64,000 bases of DNA from Chloroflexota bacterium (GTDB lineage: Bacteria > Chloroflexota > UBA11872 > VXNJ01): NCBI GenBank assembly GCA_026707405.1, contig JAPOWW010000004.1, positions 213,181-277,180 of the forward strand. Reading direction: 5' to 3'. Position numbers and translations under genes: made by a program. The notes under the pieces are model-generated. The model was not told where the DNA came from. It saw nothing but the letters and a program-made list of their open reading frames with translations, and did not search any database. Positions 18,928 through 27,675 of this stretch are shown piece by piece (positions within the stretch are counted from its first letter, which is position 1; every line of letters starts with the position of its first letter).

Positions 18928-19938
18928 CTATGACGCCAGTACTACTTCGGTGTCGGCGAGCACGGCGCCGGTTATGTCCTCGGCGGAGAATCCCCTGAGC
19001 GCGCTCTCCGGATCGACGAGGATGCGGTGCGTCAAAACGTCTGCGGCGACTTCCTTTACGTCGTCGGGCAGAACGTAGTCCCGCCCGCGAATTGCCGCAA
19101 GAGCCTGCGACGCCGCGAACAGCGCGAGCGACCCCCTGGTACTTGATCCGAGAGCCACGTTGGGATGATTCCGCGTCGACCGCGTTAGCGCCAGGATGTA
19201 GTCGGCAACCGTGTCGTCTACGTGAACCTGCCCGACGTCATTCTGCAATTCAGCCAGCAGACTCGTGTCCGTTACGGCGCCAATCGAATGGACCGGATGC
19301 CCGGAGACTTGATCGTAGAGAATGCGCTTCTCCTCATCGGTCGTGGGGTAACCGAGACTCAGCTTCATGAAAAACCGGTCTAACTGCGCTTCCGGAAGCG
19401 GGAAGGTGCCTTCGTATTCGACGGGGTTTTGCGTGGCCACCACGAGGAAAGGCTTGGGGAGTGCGTAGGTGACGCCGTCAGCCGATACCTGATTTTCCCC
19501 CATGCACTCGAGCATCGCCGACTGCGTTCTGGGTGTGGCGCGGTTGATTTCGTCGGCCAGCAAGACGTTGGCGAATACGGGACCTTCCTTGAATTCGAAC
19601 TCGGACGACTTGCTGTTGAAAACAGAGACTCCGGTTACGTCGTTGGGCAACAGGTCGGGAGTGAACTGAATGCGTTTGAACGTGCCGCCCAGCGAAATTG
19701 CGAGCGCCCGCGCGAGCATGGTCTTGCCTGTGCCGGGCAAGTCCTCCAGGAGCACGTGGCCCCGGCATATAAGGGCGACGATGATCTTCTCGATCTCCGC
19801 CTGCTTGCCGACTATTACTCTGCCGATGTTTTCGCTGACTTTTTTGGAAAAGTCTACGTAGGCGGACTGATCCAGGCGCTGCCCCCAAATCCGGTCGATG
19901 CGATTACCGGTCCGGTCGCTCCCCAGCGTCACTTGCAC
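18928..19938 (-). CDS. MoxR-family AAA+ ATPase
   Basis: VIVGKQAEIEKIIVALICRGHVLLEDLPGTGKTMLARA (Walker A), [19 protein letters not shown] (Walker B / sensor), AAA lid. GTG start. Confidence 0.9.
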   Translation of the reverse strand: MQVTLGSDRTGNRIDRIWGQRLDQSAYVDFSKKVSENIGRVIVGKQAEIEKIIVALICRGHVLLEDLPGTGKTMLARALAISLGGTFKRIQFTPDLLPNDVTGVSVFNSKSSEFEFKEGPVFANVLLADEINRATPRTQSAMLECMGENQVSADGVTYALPKPFLVVATQNPVEYEGTFPLPEAQLDRFFMKLSLGYPTTDEEKRILYDQVSGHPVHSIGAVTDTSLLAELQNDVGQVHVDDTVADYILALTRSTRNHPNVALGSSTRGSLALFAASQALAAIRGRDYVLPDDVKEVAADVLTHRILVDPESALRGFSAEDITGAVLADTEVVLAS

Positions 19939-20082
19939 GGTTGGGGCAAGCGAATATTAACAACCATCCGGATTCGCGCATCCCATGTCGTGAAGTAAAG
20001 GGCGCAAACTTGAGTAAGGCCATAGCTTGAAATAGCCTGTTCCTGCACTTGGCGGTGTAGAGACCGCCTGTACTGGTTAGAG

Positions 20083-21162
20083 ATGGACATGCCAGCGACG
20101 AATTTGCGCATACCTGGACCGACCCGGCTTCCCGAAGAAATTCTTATCGAATGCTCCCGGCAGATGATCAATCATCGGGGGCCCGACTTCGGTCGCCTGC
20201 TCCGAGAGATAACCGACAGCGCTCGCGAGTTTTTCGGCACGCGCGGCGACGTTTTCCTTCTCGGAAGTTCGGGTACGGGCGCTATGGAGGCGTCGATCGT
20301 TAATTTCTTTTCTCCCGGCGACCGTGTCCTGGCCATCGTGGGCGGAGTTTTTGCCGACCGTACCCGAGCGCTGGCGGAGGCCTTCGGTCTGCAGGTCGAG
20401 GTGCTTAAGGTTGAGCTTGGCGAGGCCGTCGACCCGGAGGAAGTGAAGACATGGCTCGACTCCGGCGAATACCGCGGAGTGTTCCTCACGCAAAACGAGA
20501 CATCGACCGGCGTGACGAACGACGTTAAAGGCGTGGGGGAGGCGAAAGGGAGCCGGGACCTGTTGTTCATCGTGGACGGCGTCAGCTCCGTCGGGGCGAT
20601 TCCGCTGGAAATGGACACCTGGCGCGTGGACGTGGCGTTCACGGCATCCCAAAAAGCCCTGATGGCGCCGCCTGGGGCGGCGCTGCTGGCGGTGACCGAG
20701 CGCGCCTGGCGATTTGGCCGTGAAGCGGCCTGCCCGCGTTTCTATTTCGATCTGCGTTCGATAAGTGATGCGCTCGATCAGGGGCAATATCCCTGGACGC
20801 CGCCTCTGCCTGTCTGCTTTGCTTTGCGGGCCGCGATGGAGCGCCTGGCGTCAGCCGGGCTTGAGAGCGTGTTTGACCGTCATCGCCAATATGGCGAGTT
20901 TGTGCGTGAGCGGATTGTCGCGGCGGGTCTGGAGTTGTTTGCATCGAACGGTTCAGCGTCGAATACCGTCACCGCCGTGCGGTTTCCCGATGGCGCCGAT
21001 TCCGCGGCCTTCATGGCCCGCGCACAACGTGAGCACGACACGATCTTCGGTGGAGGCGAGGGTGAGCTTCGAGGCCGCATATTCCGCATCGGACACATGG
21101 GGCTGATCGACCTCCAACCGCTTGCCGACGCCGTCGACGTCGCGGCGCGGCTGCTGAAGTGA
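20083..21162 (+). CDS. class V aminotransferase (alanine-glyoxylate / serine-pyruvate aminotransferase family)
   Basis: PLP-fold with FTASQKALMAPPGAA (Schiff-base Lys block of AGXT-family enzymes). 359 aa. Confidence 0.8.
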   Translation: MDMPATNLRIPGPTRLPEEILIECSRQMINHRGPDFGRLLREITDSAREFFGTRGDVFLLGSSGTGAMEASIVNFFSPGDRVLAIVGGVFADRTRALAEAFGLQVEVLKVELGEAVDPEEVKTWLDSGEYRGVFLTQNETSTGVTNDVKGVGEAKGSRDLLFIVDGVSSVGAIPLEMDTWRVDVAFTASQKALMAPPGAALLAVTERAWRFGREAACPRFYFDLRSISDALDQGQYPWTPPLPVCFALRAAMERLASAGLESVFDRHRQYGEFVRERIVAAGLELFASNGSASNTVTAVRFPDGADSAAFMARAQREHDTIFGGGEGELRGRIFRIGHMGLIDLQPLADAVDVAARLLK

Positions 21163-21914
21163 TGGCTGTGTCTTCCGCGAAAGCATCGGCAAACCGGCTG
21201 CGGGAAATGCTTCAAGCGTCGGCCACGCCCGAGAGGGCGGCCGGCGAGGCGAAGTATCTCAAGCTGAAGGACCGCGAGAACCTTGGCGTCGACGCCCCAT
21301 CTATTCACAAGATCGCTCTGGAATATGTTGGAGAGTTTGGGCTGCCCAGGGATTTGAGCGTGATCGACGGCTGGTTCTGGGCCAGCCTGGAAGAGGCGAC
21401 CTGCGCCATCAAGTTCATGTCGGGTCAGCCCTCATTTACGGCGGCTACGTGGGCGGTAGTGGAAGGGTGGTGCGCGACTCCAGACACGTGGGCGCTGGCC
21501 GATCCGATATCGATGGTCCTTACGGCCGGCCATCTGGAGGAGGGCGTGATCTCCGAGGAAACGCTGCGCGAGTGGAGCTTGCGCGAAGAACCGTTCTGGT
21601 TTCGCCGGATCGCGCTCGTCACCACGACCACGCTCAACGGGGGTTTAAGCAAGCTGGCCCGCGCACGGATGGGAAGGCTGGGACGCGTGCCAGATATCGG
21701 TAGCGTTCCACGCCCCCGGCTTACGCTCGATCTGCTCGAAGCGAGCATTCACGATAAGCGCCACTTCATCCGGCTCGGAATCGGCTGGGCGTTGCGCATT
21801 CTGGCCGACGTCGCCCCTGACGAAACGGCGGAGTTCGTATCGACGCATAGGGCGAGAATCACGAAAGCGATGCTGACTAAAGCCCGGCTGGGCGAAGATG
21901 GCCGCCGTCTGTAG
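21159..21914 (+). CDS. DNA alkylation repair enzyme (AlkD/AlkC-like HEAT-repeat glycosylase family)
   Basis: AEKYLKLKDRENLGVDAPSIHKIA...EPFWFRRIALVTT... pattern as in pfam08713 proteins. ATGA overlap with the preceding aminotransferase stop. Confidence 0.55.
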   Translation: MMAVSSAKASANRLREMLQASATPERAAGEAKYLKLKDRENLGVDAPSIHKIALEYVGEFGLPRDLSVIDGWFWASLEEATCAIKFMSGQPSFTAATWAVVEGWCATPDTWALADPISMVLTAGHLEEGVISEETLREWSLREEPFWFRRIALVTTTTLNGGLSKLARARMGRLGRVPDIGSVPRPRLTLDLLEASIHDKRHFIRLGIGWALRILADVAPDETAEFVSTHRARITKAMLTKARLGEDGRRL

Positions 21915-22022
21915 CGCGTGACCAATTCGCCGCGGCTGCGTCCGAGCCTTCGGTCCTGACGTCCTGTTCTCTCCTACAATCTTCCGGAGGCAGTCCGAGG
22001 CATTTCTATTTCAGGAGTCCCA

Positions 22023-22940
22023 ATGACAAGGTCCGTCGTGGACCGTTTTGATGAGTTCGAACTGGCGGGCGCGCCAGTCAGCCTGGATGCGGACATCGTC
22101 CGACGGACGGTTGCCGCCGCACTGGCCGAAGACATCGGCGACGGCGACATTACCTCGGAAACGGCAGTGCCGGAAGACATTCGCGTAAAGGCTCTCGCGA
22201 TCTCCCGCGAACCGGGCGTGCTGGCGGGAATCGAAGTCTTTGAAGCCGTGTTTCGCCAGGTTTCCTGTGAAGTGCAGGTCGACCGAATCCTTGCCGACGG
22301 GCAGTCGTTCGATGCACGGGAGACGCTGGCGGTCGTGACCGGAATGGCCAGGCCGATACTGACGGCGGAGCGGATAGCGCTGAATTTCCTTCAGCGCATG
22401 TGCGGAATAGCTACTCAGACGGCCAGGTACGTCGAAGCGGTCAAGGGTACCGGCACGACCATCCTCGATACCAGGAAAACCGTGCCCGGGCTTCGGATTT
22501 TCGACAAGTATTCGGTGCGCGCCGGCGGGGGCGCAAACCACCGCATGGGGCTTTTCGACGCCGCGCTGATCAAGGACAACCACATTGCCGCGGCAGGATC
22601 GCTTAATGAGGCTGTTTCGCGCGTTCGACATTCGGCAGGCGAGCGTGCCAGGTTCATTGAAGTAGAGTGCGATACTCTGAATCAGGTCGCGGAATGTCTT
22701 GAGATTGGCGTGGGCTTGATATTGCTCGACAATATGAACGTCGACCAAATGGCGCGCGCGGTGACGCTTGCCGCCGGAAGGGCTAAGCTCGAAGTGTCCG
22801 GGAATGTTGGCCTTCATAACGTGAGGGAGATTGCGGAAACCGGCGTCGATTACATTTCGGTGGGATCGCTGACGCACTCAGTAACGGCGCTCGACATAGG
22901 CTTGGATATTCGCCAGTCCGACCGGCCGGCCAATGAGTGA
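22023..22940 (+). CDS. nadC: nicotinate-nucleotide pyrophosphorylase [carboxylating] (quinolinate phosphoribosyltransferase)
   Basis: N-terminal and TIM-barrel domains with conserved blocks ILDTRKTVPGLR, GGGANHRMGLFDAALIKDNH, LLDNM, EVSGNV. Confidence 0.9.
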   Translation: MTRSVVDRFDEFELAGAPVSLDADIVRRTVAAALAEDIGDGDITSETAVPEDIRVKALAISREPGVLAGIEVFEAVFRQVSCEVQVDRILADGQSFDARETLAVVTGMARPILTAERIALNFLQRMCGIATQTARYVEAVKGTGTTILDTRKTVPGLRIFDKYSVRAGGGANHRMGLFDAALIKDNHIAAAGSLNEAVSRVRHSAGERARFIEVECDTLNQVAECLEIGVGLILLDNMNVDQMARAVTLAAGRAKLEVSGNVGLHNVREIAETGVDYISVGSLTHSVTALDIGLDIRQSDRPANE

Positions 22941-23262
22941 CCTGGATTTCACGCGGCAATACAGAACGCCTCACTCCGAGGGGTACCTGCTCAGCTTGCG
23001 CGGCGACGAATTGGGCAGGGTCGACTTGCATTACGGCTTCGAGTCGATATTCGCCACGCTGGTGCTTGTAAGAGAGGTTCGCGAGTCTCAGATACTTAAT
23101 CTCATCGAGGAGATCGACGAGCGCATCGCGCTTTCCGCCGAGTCTACGCGAGACGACTTTTGCGTGACGGTCTATCAGGGCAGGGAAATCGGGTTCTACA
23201 CCGACGACTATTTGGCGGAACACCGGCGGCGAGAACGCGGCGAAGCCAACGGTCAGGAGTAA
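22933..23262 (+). CDS. hypothetical acidic protein (109 aa)
   Basis: ORF with balanced composition, overlapping the nadC stop by 8 nt. No recognisable motif. Confidence 0.3.
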   Translation: MSDLDFTRQYRTPHSEGYLLSLRGDELGRVDLHYGFESIFATLVLVREVRESQILNLIEEIDERIALSAESTRDDFCVTVYQGREIGFYTDDYLAEHRRRERGEANGQE

Positions 23263-23271
23263 GCCTAAAGC

Positions 23272-23805
23272 CTAGGCCTTGATGCCCTGCTTGCTCTCCA
23301 TCTCAAGCAGCCTTCGCTTCAGATCAATACCGGCGGCGTAGCCTCCAACCTCCCCATTTGCCGATACGACTCGATGGCACGGAACGAATACGAGTGCGGG
23401 GTTGGAGCCGAGCGCCGCGCCCGCCGCGCGGGCGTATTTTCGTGCCGGATATCCAGCCGACTGCGCCACCCAACCGTAGGTCCGCGTCTCGCCCTTGGGA
23501 ATGAGTTGACAGGCCCGCCAGATTTTCCTTTGGAAGTCCGTTCCCTCCAGATCGAGGCCAGGCGTACTTCCGGCCGCGCCGGCAAGCCGTTCCCGCAATA
23601 GCTCGAGCCACGGTCGGGCGGGTTGGGCATCGATTGCCCGCCGTCCCGGCAGGCTCGCCTGTAGCGCTGCCGCTGCTTCGGCCGCGCTCGACTGCCCGAT
23701 TGTGGAGGCGATCAAACGTCCCGAACGCGCGGCTACGCCGCACCATCCCCAGCCATCGACTTTGTCTACGGCGATATGGTCCAAGTCCGTGATCGATTCG
23801 ACCAC
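23272..23805 (-). CDS. ogt: methylated-DNA--protein-cysteine methyltransferase
   Basis: Active-site PCHRVV plus the helix-turn-helix DNA-binding block (TYGWVAQSAGYPARKYARAAGAALGSNPALVFVPCHRVV). GTG start 2 nt after the upstream MoxR stop. Confidence 0.85.
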   Translation of the reverse strand: MVESITDLDHIAVDKVDGWGWCGVAARSGRLIASTIGQSSAAEAAAALQASLPGRRAIDAQPARPWLELLRERLAGAAGSTPGLDLEGTDFQRKIWRACQLIPKGETRTYGWVAQSAGYPARKYARAAGAALGSNPALVFVPCHRVVSANGEVGGYAAGIDLKRRLLEMESKQGIKA

Positions 23806-23807
23806 GA

Positions 23808-24755
23808 TCAGGCGGCCGTTGCCCCGGGAACCGCAATCGTGTCCAGGATTTCCTGGACCACGTCGCGCGTATCGACATTGCGTATTCGGGCCGCCGGACT
23901 AACTATCAGTCGATGCGCCAGCGTTGGCACGCACAGATGCTTTACGTCGTCTGGAATTACGTAGTCGCGTCCCCGGAAGCTGGCCAGGACTTGAGCGCCT
24001 CTGAACAGGGCCAGGCTGCCCCGGGTACTCGCTCCGAGATATATCTCCCGATGGTCTCGCGTGGCGCGCACGAGGTCCACGATGTATTCCCGCAGGACCG
24101 CGTCGACGTATATGTCTTTGATCTCTTCCTGTATTTGCAGCAGGTCCTCAATCCCGATCACCTGCTCCAACTCTTCGATCGGCTGCGTATGTAAGTGAGC
24201 CTCTATGACCTCAAGCTCGTCGGCGCGGCTCGTGTATCCCATGCTGATGCGCATAAAGAAGCGGTCAAGCTGCGACTCCGGCAGCGGGTAGGTCCCCTCA
24301 TATTCGATGGGGTTCTGAGTTGCCATAACCAGGAAGGGTTCCGGCAAGTTGTAAGTCACTCCGTCGACCGTGACCTGCTGCTCCTCCATCGCTTCGAGAA
24401 GCGAGGACTGGGTCTTGGGCGTGGCCCGATTGATCTCGTCCGCCAGAACGATCTGGGCCATTATCGGCCCCGGTCGAAACTCAAATTCAAGCGTTTTCTG
24501 GTTGAAGATCGAAACTCCGGAAACATCGCTAGGCAGGATGTCAGGCGTGAACTGGACGCGCTTGAAGGTGCACCCTATGGATTGGGATATAGCTTTTGCC
24601 AGGGTGGTCTTGCCGACGCCCGGAACGTCCTCGATAAGGACGTGTCCTCGAGCGACGAGGGCGACCAGTACCAGTTCTACCACGTCGGGCTTTCCCAGAA
24701 TGACTTTCTCTACGTTTTCACTGACTCTTCGTGCGATGTTGCGAATGTCTTGCAT
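23808..24755 (-). CDS. MoxR-family AAA+ ATPase (second paralog)
   Basis: [57 protein letters not shown]. About 60-65% identical to the MoxR at 18928-19938 over the ATPase core. ATG at 24755 ([11 protein letters not shown]...) preferred over the ORF-track start at 24794. Confidence 0.9.
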   Translation of the reverse strand: MQDIRNIARRVSENVEKVILGKPDVVELVLVALVARGHVLIEDVPGVGKTTLAKAISQSIGCTFKRVQFTPDILPSDVSGVSIFNQKTLEFEFRPGPIMAQIVLADEINRATPKTQSSLLEAMEEQQVTVDGVTYNLPEPFLVMATQNPIEYEGTYPLPESQLDRFFMRISMGYTSRADELEVIEAHLHTQPIEELEQVIGIEDLLQIQEEIKDIYVDAVLREYIVDLVRATRDHREIYLGASTRGSLALFRGAQVLASFRGRDYVIPDDVKHLCVPTLAHRLIVSPAARIRNVDTRDVVQEILDTIAVPGATAA

Positions 24756-24895
24756 AACTTCCCCCGGACATCGAAATGGAGAACGATAGGTCAACTAGCT
24801 CGTTTGGCTGCGCGCATTCTAACTGTTTCTAAGGCGACGTTCGCCAATCGCCTTTGACAGCGTCCGTCTGGAGGTCTAGTCTCGAATCCCGCAGC

Positions 24896-24968
24896 GCGGG
24901 TATGGTTCAATGGCAGAACGCAACCTTCCCAAGGTTGAAATGCGGGTTCGATTCCCGCTACCCGCTCC
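24896..24968 (+). tRNA. tRNA-Gly (anticodon CCC)
   Basis: Cloverleaf by eye: acceptor GCGGGTA/TACCCGC, D-stem GTTC/GAAC, anticodon stem CAACC/GGTTG with loop TTCCCAA, T-arm GCGGG-TTCGATT-CCCGC, discriminator T then CC. Confidence 0.85.
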
Positions 24969-24993
24969 TACGCGAGCCTAGGGCAAGCGTTTT

Positions 24994-27390
24994 CTATTCG
25001 GCTCTCTTCGGCAATACGAACTGCCTGAGCGATTCGGTTCCCAGCACGAGCAATCTGCCGTCCAGCTCGCTTATCCAAAGCGCCCGAATGTCGGAAAAGA
25101 AGTTGTCGGCGCCGCGATAGATGAACTGGCGCACGAACCGCCCTTCATTGCCGTCGCGCTTGTCGATTTCGACGATGCGGTTGTTGCCGTCGTCGACCAC
25201 GTAAAGGCTCTCCGCGGTGGTATCCGTGTACACGCGGGTGGCTTTGGTGATCGGGCGGTCCAGCCCGCTGATCTGAAACCGCAATTTCTTGCCGCCCCGG
25301 TACCGCTCGATCGTGTTGTCGGACAGGAGCACGAAAATGTCGCCGTCTATAGCCATGTCTATGGCGGTGCTGATGTCGACGTCCTCCGACGGATCGAAGT
25401 AGTCGATAGGGTCGACTTCGTACCCATTGGCGGTCGGCTGGTATTTGTGAATTCGATTGGCGGCGGGGTCCAGGATGTACATGTTGTTGTTGAAGTTGTC
25501 GACCGCGACCGGGAGTTTCCATTGTTCGGTTCCGCTGACCCTTAACAGCTGCGGGGAGCGATCGGGGACGATGCTGTACACGTTGAATTCGCTGTCAATC
25601 ACCAGCAGACTCAACTCGCGCGCGACCATGCCGATGATGTTCGTGACGGCGGCTTGACCGACCTGCTCTCCTTCACGGAGCACGACAGAGCCGCGTTTAG
25701 CCGCGCGATATTCGATCAGCCTCTTATCGACGGCGTCGATTACGTACTGGACGTCCTGTCTAACTTCGAGCTGGGGAACAATCCTTGCTATACCGACCCC
25801 AGTGTCGTTGAACTCATCGATCGTGGCGCTCGTAACGAGGCGATAGACCTGGTTAAGACGGTCTTGCTCGGCCTGTATCTGTGCGAGAAGACGGTTAACT
25901 TCACCTTCGTTGTAGCCCGCGTCGATCGCCTGGTTGGCCGCGTCGATCGCATCCTGCAACCCTGCCAGAGCGGGGACTCTTTCTCTTTCTCGCACTGCCG
26001 CGTCGAAATAGCGTTTCGCCTCGGCGAATGAGTTTGCGGCGCTCCCCAGCGGCGCGGTTTGCTCAGGTTCGGCCCTCGTTTCGACCTGTCTTTCTGACTG
26101 CGGCGTTTGATTCGTTGCGACGCTGGGCGATTCGTCTCTTCGAATCGCCAGTATCAGTAGTACGGCGACGAGGGCTACTACCGAAAAGAGCAGGAGTATC
26201 GAGCCCGTCCCAAAGCGTGACCGCGAGCGGCCTCCGGAGGCCAGTGAATCACGACCGCCGAACAGCGACATGAAGACTCCTCGAACTCCGCCCCTTCCGG
26301 GATCGTCCACATCGGGCCACGGTTTGAGCACGGTATCTCGTTTCGATTCCATTACCTGTCTGTTCAGTTCGTCCAACTCTTCAGGCCCGCCGGCTATCGC
26401 CTGCCGCCGCCGCTCGTAGTCGGTCATGGGCGGACTATCGAATCCCGTCTGTCTGGCATATGGGGATGATTCGGAGGTGTCTTGCGGTCGTGACGCGAAG
26501 ACTCTGACGATGCCTTTCAAGGCCATCACCGGCAGCACAAGGACTAGCAGCAACATGCCTATTACGAATTCGCCGATCTTCGCTGCGGCGCCTTTGGAAG
26601 GACGCCCCGCCGCCGTTGCGCCCGCCTGGGCGGTGCGCCAGTCAGGTTCCAGACCGGCTGCGCGGCCTTCCGGCGCGACCGGCGGCCTGGGCCGCGTAGT
26701 GGTTTGCCGCGGCGGGCGTGCGGCTGGGCGATCGAACGCCTCCGGCACTGCAGCGGATTCCGGCTTCAGGATGAGCACGTCGCAATCGACGGCGCCGCGT
26801 TGCGCGGCCAACGCGGCTATCTGGTACGCGGAGTCTTCGGGCGGGTAGCGGACCAGAAGCCCGCGGATTTCCCTTTCGTGCAGAACACCGGCCACAACCG
26901 AGGAAGTCAGGACGATCAAGTCGCTTTCCGTCAGGTCCGCCCGGAGGATCTCTATTTCCTTGTCAAACGGCAGGCCGTCGTCAGGGGTCGTAATGTCGGT
27001 TCCCGGTTCGGGGCGCGCGTTAAGCCGGTTATCCCGAAAAATGAAGAGCTGCGTCGGTGGAAGCTGGGCTATGAACAAATCCTTGCCGCGTACCACAACG
27101 CCAGTGCTTCCCAGATCGAGCCGCTCTTCGTTGGGACGGGCCGCCGCTGCCGCCGCGCTCGAGCCAGCCCTCATGCATCGCATCAGACTGGATATCGCGC
27201 TACTGGTGTCGCCGGAGTAGTAGGCGCGGACGGCGGCGTCGGCGAAATGCGAGCACAGCCGCTCGTTTCCGCCCTCCAGCACAAGATATAGGTGGCCGGC
27301 CGATCCGCCGACCGGCGGGTCGGCGATTCTTATTCTCGAGCTTGCCAGTCCGGGCTGGCCGTGAAGAAAGCTAGCCTGTGCGAATTCCAA
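24994..27390 (-). CDS. membrane protein: N-terminal cytoplasmic PP2C-like (probably catalytically degenerate) domain, two TM helices, C-terminal NHL-repeat beta-propeller
   Basis: N-terminal region parallels PP2C blocks (LVLEGGNE vs ADGMGG; GSTGVVVRGKDLFIAQLPPTQLFIFRDNRL vs GTTAV...GDSRAYLLRDGEL; LIVLTSSVV vs LLCSDGL) with metal-ligand positions substituted. TM helices FVIGMLLLVLVLPVMAL and ILLLFSVVALVAVLLILAI. C-terminal repeats YVVDDGNNRIVEIDK and MYILDPAANRIHKY are NHL-like. Confidence 0.5.
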   Translation of the reverse strand: MEFAQASFLHGQPGLASSRIRIADPPVGGSAGHLYLVLEGGNERLCSHFADAAVRAYYSGDTSSAISSLMRCMRAGSSAAAAAARPNEERLDLGSTGVVVRGKDLFIAQLPPTQLFIFRDNRLNARPEPGTDITTPDDGLPFDKEIEILRADLTESDLIVLTSSVVAGVLHEREIRGLLVRYPPEDSAYQIAALAAQRGAVDCDVLILKPESAAVPEAFDRPAARPPRQTTTRPRPPVAPEGRAAGLEPDWRTAQAGATAAGRPSKGAAAKIGEFVIGMLLLVLVLPVMALKGIVRVFASRPQDTSESSPYARQTGFDSPPMTDYERRRQAIAGGPEELDELNRQVMESKRDTVLKPWPDVDDPGRGGVRGVFMSLFGGRDSLASGGRSRSRFGTGSILLLFSVVALVAVLLILAIRRDESPSVATNQTPQSERQVETRAEPEQTAPLGSAANSFAEAKRYFDAAVRERERVPALAGLQDAIDAANQAIDAGYNEGEVNRLLAQIQAEQDRLNQVYRLVTSATIDEFNDTGVGIARIVPQLEVRQDVQYVIDAVDKRLIEYRAAKRGSVVLREGEQVGQAAVTNIIGMVARELSLLVIDSEFNVYSIVPDRSPQLLRVSGTEQWKLPVAVDNFNNNMYILDPAANRIHKYQPTANGYEVDPIDYFDPSEDVDISTAIDMAIDGDIFVLLSDNTIERYRGGKKLRFQISGLDRPITKATRVYTDTTAESLYVVDDGNNRIVEIDKRDGNEGRFVRQFIYRGADNFFSDIRALWISELDGRLLVLGTESLRQFVLPKRAE

Positions 27391-27660
27391 GTGTCGACCC
27401 GCAGTCTAGTGATTCGGAATTGCCAAGCCTGGCCCCATAATGGAACCTCGCCTCCCAAGGCTTGGCGAAGTATAGCGCCAGCCTGTTTTGAGGGGCTTCT
27501 GGAAATCTGTCGAAATCATTGACTGTATTTGATATCGTTGCATTACCGCAGTACTTCTGGTGACATTGTTCACTTGTGGCCTTTGGACTCGTTTACGATC
27601 ATATAGGTTGTACACATGTTTCGATGTCGGTCAATAGCGCTGTAAGGTTGTGAGAGTTAA

Positions 27661-27675
27661 AAGGAGGTAGCGATA
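27661..27675 (+). promoter_or_regulatory. Shine-Dalgarno AAGGAGG plus in-frame non-canonical AUA start of infC
   Basis: AAGGAGG at 27661-27667 and ATA at 27673-27675 in the infC frame. Upstream leader 27391-27660 is markedly AT-rich. Confidence 0.55.
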
